A stretch of DNA of 64,000 bases from an uncultured Chloroflexia bacterium (GTDB lineage Bacteria; Chloroflexota; Dehalococcoidia; UBA2979), in assembly GCA_963728205.1 (NCBI GenBank), contig CAVSIV010000006.1, positions 1,024,001 to 1,088,000 of the forward strand, given 5' to 3'. The position numbers and the translations under genes are program-made. The notes under the pieces are model-generated. The model searched no databases. It was not told where the DNA came from and saw only the letters and a list, made by a program, of their open reading frames with translations. Of this stretch, positions 23,434 through 32,708 are shown piece by piece. Positions within the stretch are counted from its first letter, which is position 1. The number at the start of each line of letters is the position of its first letter.

Positions 23434-24243
23434 GTGGGGAGAAATCGACGACGCGGCAACCGCCCGCGCGGCACCGCGCCGCAGCCGACGCCCGGGGATG
23501 GCACGCACGGCAAGCCGCGCCCCGCGTGGCGGCAGACGCTCGACTCGTGGGGCGGCCTCCCGGTGGTCGGATCGCTCGCCGTGGTGATCGTCGTGGTGGG
23601 CGTGCTGATCTTCCTCAACCGACCCGGTTCGTCGGTCGACAACTCGCCGTTCACGCCCAAGCAGCGTGAGAACGTCAGCGGCACGACCTGGGGGCTCGCC
23701 AGCGCTCCGGTGAAGATCATCGAGTTCGCCGACTTCCAGTGTCCGTTCTGCCGACGCTTCACCGAGGACACCGAGCCGCAGCTCGCAGACGAGTTCATCA
23801 AGACCGGCAAGGTCCAGCTGATCTTCCACAACTACGCGTTCATCGGCTCCGAGTCGACCGTCGCAGCCGAGGCCGCGGAGTGCGCCGCCGACCAGAATCA
23901 CTTCTGGGACTATCACGACCTGCTCTACCTCCGGCAGGGACAAGAGAACTCCGGCGTCTTCTCGTCGCAGCACCTCAAGGACTTCGCGCAAACGCTCCAC
24001 GAACAGTTCCCGGACTTCGACGTGGCGAAGTTCTCGGCATGCCTGGACTCGGGGCAGAAGAAGTCGCTGGTGCAGGAAGAGTCGCAGCAGGCGCAGGCCG
24101 CCGGCGTGCAGTCCACTCCGAGCTTCCTGATCAACGGGCAGATGCTCACCGGCGCACAGGACATCTCGGTCTTCCGCCAGGCCATCAACCAGGCGCTCAC
24201 CGGCACGCCGACGCCGGTCGCGACGGCGACGCCGACCCCGTGA
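23434..24243 (+). CDS. Membrane-anchored DsbA/BdbD-like thiol-disulfide oxidoreductase
   Basis: N-terminal TM helix; APV.IIEFADFQCPFC; GVQSTPSFLING cis-Pro loop. Confidence 0.9.
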   Translation: MGRNRRRGNRPRGTAPQPTPGDGTHGKPRPAWRQTLDSWGGLPVVGSLAVVIVVVGVLIFLNRPGSSVDNSPFTPKQRENVSGTTWGLASAPVKIIEFADFQCPFCRRFTEDTEPQLADEFIKTGKVQLIFHNYAFIGSESTVAAEAAECAADQNHFWDYHDLLYLRQGQENSGVFSSQHLKDFAQTLHEQFPDFDVAKFSACLDSGQKKSLVQEESQQAQAAGVQSTPSFLINGQMLTGAQDISVFRQAINQALTGTPTPVATATPTP

Positions 24244-24283
24244 CGCGGATGAGCGAGCGGCCGCGTCCCGGGCGGGTGCGCGC

Positions 24284-24733
24284 GTGAACCATCGCCGGCT
24301 CACCGTGCTACTCGTCCTCTGCGCGGTCGGGGTCGGGATCGGCGCATACCTGTCGTTCGTGGCGCTCGACAAGCAGGTCGAGGCGTTCTGCCCGAACGTT
24401 GGGAACTGCCACACGGTGCAGAACTCGCAGTACGCGAAGGTGGGGGGCGTCCCCGTCGCGCTGCTCGGGCTCGGGATGTACCTGCTGCTGTTCGCGATGA
24501 CGGTGGTGCGCCGCTTCGAGGACCGGCTGCTCGGGCGCGATGCACCCCCGATCCTGGGGCAGTGGACGTTCGCGCTGGCCTTCGCCGGGACGCTCTACTC
24601 CGGTTACCTCACGTACCTCGAGCTGTATGTGATCCACGCGATTTGCGTGTGGTGCGTCGCGTCCGCCACGGTGGTGACGTTGATCGCGCTGACCGCGCTC
24701 CCGGACCTGCGCGCGCGCAACCTCGCTGCCTGA
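24284..24733 (+). CDS. Vitamin K epoxide reductase (VKOR) family protein
   Basis: C....C..VQ.S.YA...G.PVA.LG, YLTYLE..VI.AICVWC. Confidence 0.92.
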   Translation: MNHRRLTVLLVLCAVGVGIGAYLSFVALDKQVEAFCPNVGNCHTVQNSQYAKVGGVPVALLGLGMYLLLFAMTVVRRFEDRLLGRDAPPILGQWTFALAFAGTLYSGYLTYLELYVIHAICVWCVASATVVTLIALTALPDLRARNLAA

Positions 24734-24795
24734 CGCGCTGGCCCCGTCGCTCGCCCTTTCGTATGATGCCGACCCAGCGCACAGGAGGACGGCAG

Positions 24796-25137
24796 ATGGT
24801 ACAGGCCAGCCCCAGCCGGTTCGTCGTGGACCCGGAGACGCGCGCGACCAGCGCCGACTTCGAGGACTTCGAGATTCTCGAGACCGGTGACGTCGACGTC
24901 TTCGTGCTCGACCTCAACGAGCTCGAGGGAGAGCCGCCGTTCTACATCGTGGTCGGCGAGCGGCGGTTCGCGCTCAACCGCGACACCTTCCAGGTGCGCG
25001 GGCACGGTGCGCAGCTCCCGAGCTGGGTGCAGGAGCAGGAGGCGGAGGGACGCATCGTGCTCCTCGCCGAGCGCGACGAACGGTACCTGACCTACGTCTA
25101 CGATCCCGCGGCCGCGGCCGAGGAGGACGAGGAGTAG
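24796..25137 (+). CDS. Small acidic hypothetical protein
   Basis: AGGAGG RBS, GC3-biased codons, TATGAT upstream. Confidence 0.7.
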   Translation: MVQASPSRFVVDPETRATSADFEDFEILETGDVDVFVLDLNELEGEPPFYIVVGERRFALNRDTFQVRGHGAQLPSWVQEQEAEGRIVLLAERDERYLTYVYDPAAAAEEDEE

Positions 25138-25294
25138 CCTCCTCGCCCATTGCGCGGACCGAGCGACCGACCCGGCCATGCGCCGGGTCGTTTCGCGTCC
25201 AGGCGGGTGCCGCCCGCGCAGGCCCACGTCGCTGCCCGAATCGTGTATGACAGGACCGCCGGCCGGGCCGGCGCACGACGAGGGGAGGCCCGCC

Positions 25295-25987
25295 ATGGCC
25301 GTCGTCACGTTGACGGGGCACCTCGGCTCGATGGGCACGATCGCCGTCCGCGTTGCGCGCGAGCTCGACTATGCCCTCGCGGACCGCGAGCTGCTGACCG
25401 AGGCCGCCGCCGCGCTCGGCTGGCCGGAGGACGACGTCGCGGCGTTCGATGAGCGCACGAGCGGACTCGGCGGGCGGCTCACGCGCATGCTGCGCACCTT
25501 CATCGAGCGCGCCGGCATGGCGAGCGTCGACCCGATGATGTCGGCGGGCGACCTCGAGTCGGTGCTCGGACGCACGTACGGCGAGACCGCCGTCCCGGAC
25601 ATGCGGCCCGACGACCGCCGCTACATCGAGACGCTCACGTCGCTGATCGGCGAGCTCGCGAACCGCGGCTCCGTGGTCATCGTCGGCCGCGGCGCACAGG
25701 CGCTGCTCGCCGACCGCACCGACACCCTTCACGTGCGCATCGCCTGCGATCAGGACGAGCGCATCAAGCGCATCGCCGAACGCGACGCCATGACGCCCGA
25801 AGCCGCGGCGGCACGCGTGCGCGAGTCGGACGCGCAGCGCGAGGCCTGGCACCAGAAATACTTCGGCATCGACTACCGGTCACCGTACCTCTACCACCTG
25901 GTCGTGAACTCGGGGAAGCTCAGCGACGCGATCGCCGCCGACCTCGTGGCGTCGCTGGCTCGCAAGAAATCGCCGCGGCCCGGGTAG
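25295..25987 (+). CDS. Cytidylate kinase-like family protein
   Basis: VVTLTG.LGS.G..IA..VA..L, VIVGRGAQ, D..R......YF.......YHLV.NS. Confidence 0.85.
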   Translation: MAVVTLTGHLGSMGTIAVRVARELDYALADRELLTEAAAALGWPEDDVAAFDERTSGLGGRLTRMLRTFIERAGMASVDPMMSAGDLESVLGRTYGETAVPDMRPDDRRYIETLTSLIGELANRGSVVIVGRGAQALLADRTDTLHVRIACDQDERIKRIAERDAMTPEAAAARVRESDAQREAWHQKYFGIDYRSPYLYHLVVNSGKLSDAIAADLVASLARKKSPRPG

Positions 25988-26050
25988 GCGGCCGCCGGCG
26001 CGCGGCGCCGCGCCGCAGGTTCGACCACGCGTTGATCACATGAGGTGCGC

Positions 26051-27292
26051 ATGACGGCCGGCGCCGAGCCCGGGCCCGCGGGGAGTGTGCTCTCGAGCGT
26101 GAGCGCCGAGCGGCTCTTCGTGCCGTCCTACGTGCTCGCGATCGTCGCCATCCACTGCTACTTCATCTCCTACCAGATGTCGCTGGTGGAGATCCCGAAG
26201 TCGCTCGGCGGGCAGCCGGACTGGGTCGTCGGCGTGGTCGTCGGCGCGCTGGGGTTCGCCGGCATGCTCTCGCGACCGCTCGTCGGCGTGTGGGTCGACG
26301 CCGGGAACCGTCAGCGCTGGCTGCGCCTCGGCGCCGTTGCGACGGTCGTCGCGTTCGCCGGCTACACGCTCGATCTCGGCCCCTGGCTCACGCTGCCGTT
26401 CCGCGCGCTGCACGGCGTCGCGATGGGCCTGTTCACGACCGCGCTCCTCGCGATCGTGACCGGCGGCCTGCCGGCCGCGCGGCGCGGGCTCGGCATTGGC
26501 CTCTACCAGTCGTCGAACACGGTGGCCGCGCTCTACGCCGCTCCGGTCGCGATCCTGCTGATCGACCGCGTGTCCTTCGGCGCCGCCTTCCTGGTCTCGG
26601 CCGCGACGGCGGCCCTCGCGCTGCTCGTCGGCTCGCTGGTGCGCGACACGCACGGTGGGGCGGCACCCGGCGCGCCGCGCATCCCGTTCCGGCAGCGCCG
26701 CTGGATCTCGCGGACGGCGCTGCTGCCGGCCGCGGTGTTCTTCACCCTCACGGCGCCGTTCGGGGCGGTCGCCGCGTTCCTGCCTCTGTTCGCCGACGAG
26801 CGTGCGCTCGGCAACGTCGGCTTCTTCTACACCGCGCTCGCGATCGCGCAGCTCGTCGCTCGGTCGTCCTCGGGCTGGCTGTCCGACCGCTTCGGCCGCG
26901 CGCGCGTCGTGGTGCCGTCGCTCGCGGTCGGTGCACTCGGGCTCGCGCTGCTCGCCGGCGCGCGGAGCGAGTCCACGATGCTGCTGGCGGCGACGCTCTA
27001 CGGGCTCGGGATCGCGGGCACGCAGACGAACATCGTCGCGCTGATCGTGGACCGCACGCCGCGCGAAGCACTGGGCTCCGCGATGGCCACCTACACGATG
27101 GCGTGGGACGTTGGCGGCGTGGTGGGCAGCGTGCTGCTCGGGTTCGTGGCGGGCGTCACCTCGTACGGCACGGTGTTCGCGCTGTGCACGATCATGCCGG
27201 CGGCCGGCGTCGCGCTGTTCCTCGCGCGGCTGCGCCGCGAGACGCCGTCCGGCGGCCTCGCAGCGGTGCCGGCGGAGCCGGGGCCGCGCTGA
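26051..27292 (+). CDS. MFS transporter
   Basis: About 12 hydrophobic segments; GWLSDRFGR motif A. Confidence 0.9.
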   Translation: MTAGAEPGPAGSVLSSVSAERLFVPSYVLAIVAIHCYFISYQMSLVEIPKSLGGQPDWVVGVVVGALGFAGMLSRPLVGVWVDAGNRQRWLRLGAVATVVAFAGYTLDLGPWLTLPFRALHGVAMGLFTTALLAIVTGGLPAARRGLGIGLYQSSNTVAALYAAPVAILLIDRVSFGAAFLVSAATAALALLVGSLVRDTHGGAAPGAPRIPFRQRRWISRTALLPAAVFFTLTAPFGAVAAFLPLFADERALGNVGFFYTALAIAQLVARSSSGWLSDRFGRARVVVPSLAVGALGLALLAGARSESTMLLAATLYGLGIAGTQTNIVALIVDRTPREALGSAMATYTMAWDVGGVVGSVLLGFVAGVTSYGTVFALCTIMPAAGVALFLARLRRETPSGGLAAVPAEPGPR

Positions 27293-27331
27293 CGCCGCGC
27301 GCTGCCCTCGGCCGGCGGCGCCGCGCGCGGC

Positions 27332-28138
27332 CTAGGGGTGCTGGATGTCGATCACGAGCCGCGCCGGCGAGCTGAGCTCGTAGACCCGGAACGGCTGCCG
27401 CGACGCCACGCCGAGTCCCCAGTTCGCCACGGCCTCGAAGCCGCACGTCTCGCGCGCCTCCTTCAGCTCGGGATACGAGAAGTGGAGGTCCTTCGACGGG
27501 ATCGTCAGGTCGCCGGTGTTCGGGTCGTAGATGTACGTGTGCGGCAGGTGGACCTGCAGGATCGCCTGCCCGTCGAGCGTCACCGGCTGGCCGGACGCGC
27601 ACTGGTTGAGCCCCTGCGTCAGATACGAGATGTCGTACTCGGGCACGGTGTCGCCCTGGAACTCGAAGACGACGCGGTCGTAGCCGTCGTGGGTCGCAAC
27701 GCGCGTGTCGACCTGTGTGCCGGTCACGGTCTGACCGCCCGAGGCCGAGAAGAGGTTGAACGCCCCGCTGGCGGCGCCCTGGCAGCGCACGTAGAACGGC
27801 GCCACCGCGCCGAGCTGCGCCGGGAACGCGTCGTTCGCGAACGCGGGCGCGCCGTTGACCCACGTCACCCACTCGCCCGCCTCGATCACGGCGAGGGTCT
27901 GCACGGTGCAGCCGGCGCCGGCCAGCCCCTGCGCGAGGTCCACCGGAGCGATCGCGCGTGATGTGACGAGCAGCGCCTGCCCGCCGGCACCGGGCGCGGT
28001 TCCGGCGAATCCATCGTCCTGCGCACGCGCGGCGCCGGGCGAGACCACGGCCAGCACGAGAGCCATCACGACCACCGCGACAAGCATGCCGGCGCCCGGG
28101 ATGCGCGCGCGCGTCTTCTGCGTCGATGTGTGCTGCAT
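27332..28138 (-). CDS. Exported protein: unnamed N-terminal module plus AMIN-like domain
   Basis: Signal peptide ending ARA; RVATHDGYDRVVFEF...FE....WGLGV...PFRV..L..P.RLVIDI. Confidence 0.75.
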   Translation of the reverse strand: MQHTSTQKTRARIPGAGMLVAVVVMALVLAVVSPGAARAQDDGFAGTAPGAGGQALLVTSRAIAPVDLAQGLAGAGCTVQTLAVIEAGEWVTWVNGAPAFANDAFPAQLGAVAPFYVRCQGAASGAFNLFSASGGQTVTGTQVDTRVATHDGYDRVVFEFQGDTVPEYDISYLTQGLNQCASGQPVTLDGQAILQVHLPHTYIYDPNTGDLTIPSKDLHFSYPELKEARETCGFEAVANWGLGVASRQPFRVYELSSPARLVIDIQHP

Positions 28139-28277
28139 CTACCCCCCTGAGCGAGCGCGGGATCGCGCGCCTGTGAGCGTTCCGCGGAGCGCGCCCATCG
28201 CACGGCCGCTCCACCCCTCTCGTTCCACCCTAGGGGATGTCGCAAAGCATCGCCGGCTGCGGGGCCGCTCGCTCGGC

Positions 28278-28916
28278 CTAGGCGGCATCGGCCGCGACCC
28301 ACAGCTCGGGGAAGCGCGCACGGTGCCGCTCGCGCAGGAGGTCGAGCTGGCGCAGGTAGGGGGTGTCGAGCTCGGGCGTGAGCATGACGAGCGCATCCTC
28401 GCCGTCGTCCTGGTAGTAGCCGTGCAGCCGCCCGGCAACGCTGAACCCGTAGCGTTCGTAGAGACCGCGGGCACGGTCGTTGGAGACCCGGACCTCGAGC
28501 GCGAGCGTCCGCAGCTCCGCGTCGATGGCGCGTGCGAAGCACTCGAGCAGTAGCCGCGCGCCGATCCCCTGCCCCTGGCGTCGGGGGTCGACGGCGATCG
28601 TCACGATGTGCAGCTGATCGCCCATGTACCAGACGCCGGCGAAGCCGGCGAGGGCCGGCGCCGGCCGTGCGCCGGAGAGCAGCGCCACGACCCGCGACGC
28701 GCCGCGTCGCGGGCGCGCTGCGCCTTCCGCGGCAGCCACCTCCGCGACGAAGTAGTGCGCGAACGCGTTGCGGAGCTCCTGCTCGAAGACGCGGCGCGAC
28801 CACGCGTCCGTGTACGCAATGCGCTCGATGCGCCGCACCGCGCGGAGGTCGCCCTCCGTCATGTCGCGAACGGCGACGTGCCCGCGCGATGGTTCGTTCG
28901 CCGTCGACGTCATCAC
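28278..28916 (-). CDS. rimI: Ribosomal protein S18 N-acetyltransferase RimI
   Basis: IE...Y..AWS, HI.TIAV.P..QGQGIG, LEVRVSN..A..LY...GF.......YY....EDALVM. Confidence 0.9.
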   Translation of the reverse strand: MMTSTANEPSRGHVAVRDMTEGDLRAVRRIERIAYTDAWSRRVFEQELRNAFAHYFVAEVAAAEGAARPRRGASRVVALLSGARPAPALAGFAGVWYMGDQLHIVTIAVDPRRQGQGIGARLLLECFARAIDAELRTLALEVRVSNDRARGLYERYGFSVAGRLHGYYQDDGEDALVMLTPELDTPYLRQLDLLRERHRARFPELWVAADAA

Positions 28917-28949
28917 GTCATGGCCGCGGGCCGGCGGGCTCCGCGCGCC

Positions 28950-29366
28950 TCAGTGCGTGGCGGCAGGGCAGGTGAGGCGCACCCGCGTCCGCACCTTGTC
29001 CCCGAGCGTGTTGCACAGCGGACACGTGCACGACGCGACCTCGATCGCCTCGTGGTGCGCGAGCAGCGCCGGGTCCGTCACCTCGAGGTCGATCGTCACA
29101 TCGATGTGATCGACCCGCGTCGGGTTCTGCGCCATCTCTGCCTGCAGTTCCGCGCTCGCGCGCGTTACCTCGGCGTCGACCAGCAGCTCGTGGTTGAGGA
29201 GCGCGCCGAGCGTGCAGTTGCCGAGCGCGATCAGCAGCAGTTCCGTCGACGTGTAGCCGACGGGCCCGTTGTCGGCGGCCGCCTCTCGGATGTTCGTGAA
29301 GTGGCGCCCGCGCGCCTCGAAGACGATCCGCTTCCGCTCCCGGTAGTCCGCTCGCACCGTAGCCAC
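28950..29366 (-). CDS. OsmC-family protein
   Basis: G....ELLL.ALG.C and CPLCNTL Cys pair. Confidence 0.78.
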   Translation of the reverse strand: MATVRADYRERKRIVFEARGRHFTNIREAAADNGPVGYTSTELLLIALGNCTLGALLNHELLVDAEVTRASAELQAEMAQNPTRVDHIDVTIDLEVTDPALLAHHEAIEVASCTCPLCNTLGDKVRTRVRLTCPAATH

Positions 29367-29399
29367 GTTGCCGGCCCTTCCCTGCGTGTGCTTCGTTCG

Positions 29400-30341
29400 T
29401 TACGCCGCAACGCCCGTGAGGAAACGCCGCGGCACCTCCCTGGTCATCAGCTCGATCGCCTCCTCGGGGACGCCGTCCGCGCGCAGCGCGGGGATCGCGA
29501 CGGAAGAGACGAAGAGATAGCGCGTCGGCTCCGTGCTCGCGGGCGGCGGGGCGGCGCCGGCGAGCACGGCGCGCGGCGCGTAGTCGTGCCCGAGCATCAG
29601 CCGCCCGGCCCAGCCACGGTCGACGAGCGCCTTCACCGTCGCGTTGCGCGCGCGCCAGTCGGGCCGGCCGGCGCTGCCGGGATAGCGGTCCATCGACAGG
29701 TACACGCCGGCGTTCAGCAGGTCCTCGAGGTAGCCGACGTCGGTGCTGTCGGCGCTGTGGCCGATGCACACGCGGTCCATCTGCGCGCCCTCTTCGCGCA
29801 GCACCTCGACCTGGCGGCGTCCCACCTCGGCCGGCGCCCAGTGGTGCGTGCTGATCGGGCAGCCGGTCCGCTTGCTGGCCCGCGCCGCTGCACGCAGGAG
29901 CAGCTCCGCGTCGGGCGTGACACCCTCCGCGTCGCTCGCCACCTTGATCGCGCCTGCCCGGATGTCCGTGTCGTCGATGCCGACCTCGATCTCGCGCACG
30001 AAGATCTCCGCGCTCTCGTCGGGGTCGCGCCCCCAGAACGAGTGCGGCGGGTTGCGCCAGATCCCGGTCGCGACCACGACGTTCATCCCCGACTCGCGCG
30101 CGACGGCCGCGATCGCCTTCACGTCGCGCCCGAGGTCCGGCGTCGTCAGGTCGATGATGCTGTCGACGCCGCCTTGCTTCGCCTCCAGCAGCTCGCGCAC
30201 CGCGCGGCGGTGGGTCGCGGCGAGGTCGTAGCGCCACGGGTAGATGCGCGCGTCGACGCCGACGAGCACGTGCTCGTGGCTGAGGACGAAGCCGAGCGCG
30301 GCGTCGTCGACAGGACCCAGGACCGTCTGCACGGCGGGCAT
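29400..30341 (-). CDS. Phosphotriesterase-like amidohydrolase/lactonase
   Basis: VQTVLGPV...LG..L.HEH, DLT...GRD, IKVA, TH, IGH, GHD. Confidence 0.9.
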   Translation of the reverse strand: MPAVQTVLGPVDDAALGFVLSHEHVLVGVDARIYPWRYDLAATHRRAVRELLEAKQGGVDSIIDLTTPDLGRDVKAIAAVARESGMNVVVATGIWRNPPHSFWGRDPDESAEIFVREIEVGIDDTDIRAGAIKVASDAEGVTPDAELLLRAAARASKRTGCPISTHHWAPAEVGRRQVEVLREEGAQMDRVCIGHSADSTDVGYLEDLLNAGVYLSMDRYPGSAGRPDWRARNATVKALVDRGWAGRLMLGHDYAPRAVLAGAAPPPASTEPTRYLFVSSVAIPALRADGVPEEAIELMTREVPRRFLTGVAA

Positions 30342-30427
30342 TGACCGGCTCCTCCCCGACCGTCGAGGCAGCAGGGTACACCCGGATGCCGGGGGCGCGG
30401 ACCCTCCGCGCGCCCAACCTCGCCGCC

Positions 30428-30441
30428 CGAACACCAGTTCT
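30428..30441. promoter_or_regulatory. LexA (SOS) box upstream of ruvB
   Basis: CGAAC-ACCA-GTTCT matches GAAC-N4-GTTC and abuts -10 TATAGT (30443-30448). Confidence 0.8.
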
Positions 30442-30453
30442 GTATAGTGGCGC

Positions 30454-31521
30454 GTGCAGGAGGACCGTAGGCGCATGGTCGAACGCGCGGGCCCGCTCAC
30501 ACCGTCGATGACGGACGACGACGCCGGGGCGGAGTCGACGCTCCGCCCGCGGCGGCTCGAGCAGTACTTCGGTCAGGAGCGCGTGAAGGAGAGCCTGCGC
30601 ATCGCCATCGAGGCGGCGCGCCGGCGCGAGGAGCCGCTCGACCACCTGCTGTTCCACGGACCGCCGGGCCTCGGCAAGACGACGCTCGCCATGATCATGG
30701 CCGCCGAGATGGGCGTCTCCATCCGTATCACCTCGGGTCCCGCGATCGAGCGCGCCGGCGAGCTGGCGTCGCTGCTCACGAGCCTCCAGCCCGGCGACAT
30801 CCTCTTCATCGACGAGATCCATCGCCTCTCGATCGCGGTCGAGGAGGTGCTCTACCCGGCGATGGAGGACTTCTCCGTCGACATCATCCTGGGCAAGGGA
30901 CCGAAGGCGCGCGACGTGCGCCTCAAGCTCAACCGCTTCACGCTCGTCGGGGCGACCACACGCTTCGCGCTCGTCTCGCAGCCGCTACGCGACCGCTTCG
31001 GCGCCGCGTACCGGCTGGAGTTCTACGACGAAGCGGCACTGTCGCGCATCGTGCGCCGCAGCGCCGGCGTGCTCGACTGTCAGATCGACGAGGGTGGCGT
31101 CGCGGAGATCGCCCGCCGCTCTCGCGGGACGGCGCGCGTCGCGAACCGGCTGTTGCGCCGCGTGCGCGACTACGCGGAGGTGCGGGCGGACGGCGTGATC
31201 ACGAGCGAGGTCGCGTCGGCGGCGCTGGAGCAGCTGCAGATCGACGCGCTCGGCCTGGACCAGATGGACCGCGAGCTGATGACCGCGCTCGCGGAGCGCT
31301 TCGGCGGCGGCCCGGCCGGCCTGGAGACGCTCGCCGCGGCGATCTCCGAGGAGGCCGACACGATCATGGACGTGTACGAGCCGTACCTGCTGAAGCTCGG
31401 CTTCCTGCAGCGCACGCCCCGCGGGCGGGTGCTGGCGCGCCCCGGGTACGAGCATCTCGGGCTCGACCCGTCGTCGGGCGCCGCCGCGCAGGCATCGCTG
31501 TTCGACGACTCCGAGGCCTAG
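30454..31521 (+). CDS. ruvB: Holliday junction branch migration helicase RuvB
   Basis: LRP.....[34 protein letters not shown]...GF..RTPRGR. Confidence 0.97.
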   Translation: MQEDRRRMVERAGPLTPSMTDDDAGAESTLRPRRLEQYFGQERVKESLRIAIEAARRREEPLDHLLFHGPPGLGKTTLAMIMAAEMGVSIRITSGPAIERAGELASLLTSLQPGDILFIDEIHRLSIAVEEVLYPAMEDFSVDIILGKGPKARDVRLKLNRFTLVGATTRFALVSQPLRDRFGAAYRLEFYDEAALSRIVRRSAGVLDCQIDEGGVAEIARRSRGTARVANRLLRRVRDYAEVRADGVITSEVASAALEQLQIDALGLDQMDRELMTALAERFGGGPAGLETLAAAISEEADTIMDVYEPYLLKLGFLQRTPRGRVLARPGYEHLGLDPSSGAAAQASLFDDSEA

Positions 31522-31943
31522 GCGCTGCGCCGGATGATCGTGTAGGTCGCGCGGCCGACCGCGACGACCGCGTCGGCCTCGTCGCGCACCTCCACCCCGA
31601 CGAACACGAGCGAGCGGCTCGCCCGCAGCGCGCGGCCCTCGGCGACCACGGCGCTCGTGGCGGCGTTGAGGAACGTGACGTTGAGGTCGGTCGTGGCCTG
31701 GCCGGCCCACGTGTCGTCGCCGTCGCGTCGCGTGGTGGCGGTGACCGCGCCGGCCGCCGCGTCGATCAGCGACGCGATCGCGCCGCCGTGCATCACCTCG
31801 GCGCGTCGCGTGCCGAGCGCGGGCTGCATCGCCAGGCGCAGCCGAACGTGGCCGGGCTCCGCGTCGAGCACCTCGATGCCGAGCGTGCGCCAGTAGGCGA
31901 TCTCGTCGGCGGCGATCAGCGAGCGCAGGCGATCGTCAGTCAC
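31518..31943 (-). CDS. PaaI-family hotdog thioesterase
   Basis: [22 protein letters not shown]. Confidence 0.88.
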   Translation of the reverse strand: MTDDRLRSLIAADEIAYWRTLGIEVLDAEPGHVRLRLAMQPALGTRRAEVMHGGAIASLIDAAAGAVTATTRRDGDDTWAGQATTDLNVTFLNAATSAVVAEGRALRASRSLVFVGVEVRDEADAVVAVGRATYTIIRRSA

Positions 31944-32521
31944 GCGGCGGGGAAGCCTCCCGTGGGCGGCTCGCCGTCGGTGGGCGCCGACGGTTCGGGC
32001 GGCATCGGCGGCGGCTCCGGGGTGGGGCCGGCGCTCGGCGGCGGGGGCGAGGCCGGCGGCGTGGACGCGGACGTAGCGTCCGCGCCCGCCTGGCGGCGCG
32101 GCTGGTGCGCGATGTCCGAGATCTCCTCCGCCGCCGTCCGCGCGGCGTCCGCCGCCGCGCGCGCAGCGTCGGCCGCGGTGCGTGCGGCCTCCGACGCGAG
32201 CCGCGCCGCGTCCGCGACGCGGTCCGCCGCGCGGCGCGCGGTGTCACCGGCCTCGCGTGCCGCCGTGCCCACCTGGTCGCGCCGCAGCCGCTCGCGCAGC
32301 GGACCAATCGCCCCCTGTCCCGCCTCCACCTGGTCCGGCCGCGGGACGACGAGCCATGCCACCAGGTAGACCGGCACCGCGATGCCGCCCGACGGGATGA
32401 TGGCGATCACCGCGAGCAGCCGCAGCAGGGTGACGTCGAGGTCGTAGCGGCGCGCGATGCCGGCGATCACGCCGCCCAGCATCGCCTCGTCCAGGTCGCG
32501 CGTGAGCCGCTCACCCGCCAT
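31940..32521 (-). CDS. PspC domain protein
   Basis: RL.R....MLGGVIAGIA..Y..D.TL.RLL...Y..AWLVVP, then an Ala-rich helix and a Pro-rich tail. Confidence 0.85.
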   Translation of the reverse strand: MAGERLTRDLDEAMLGGVIAGIARRYDLDVTLLRLLAVIAIIPSGGIAVPVYLVAWLVVPRPDQVEAGQGAIGPLRERLRRDQVGTAAREAGDTARRAADRVADAARLASEAARTAADAARAAADAARTAAEEISDIAHQPRRQAGADATSASTPPASPPPPSAGPTPEPPPMPPEPSAPTDGEPPTGGFPAA

Positions 32522-32708
32522 CTCGCTGCCTCCTTCGTCCGCTGCGAGGACCCATCGTAGCGCGCGACGGGAACGAGAATGCCCGGCCGAAGCCGGAAGC
32601 CGGCTACGAGCCGCGCCTCGTCACGGCGCCGGGCGGCTCCACAGTCGTTGGGCGCTCCAGGCGGACGGGGGTGTCCGTGTGCCGACCTCGTGACGGGAGC
32701 AGTCGGAG

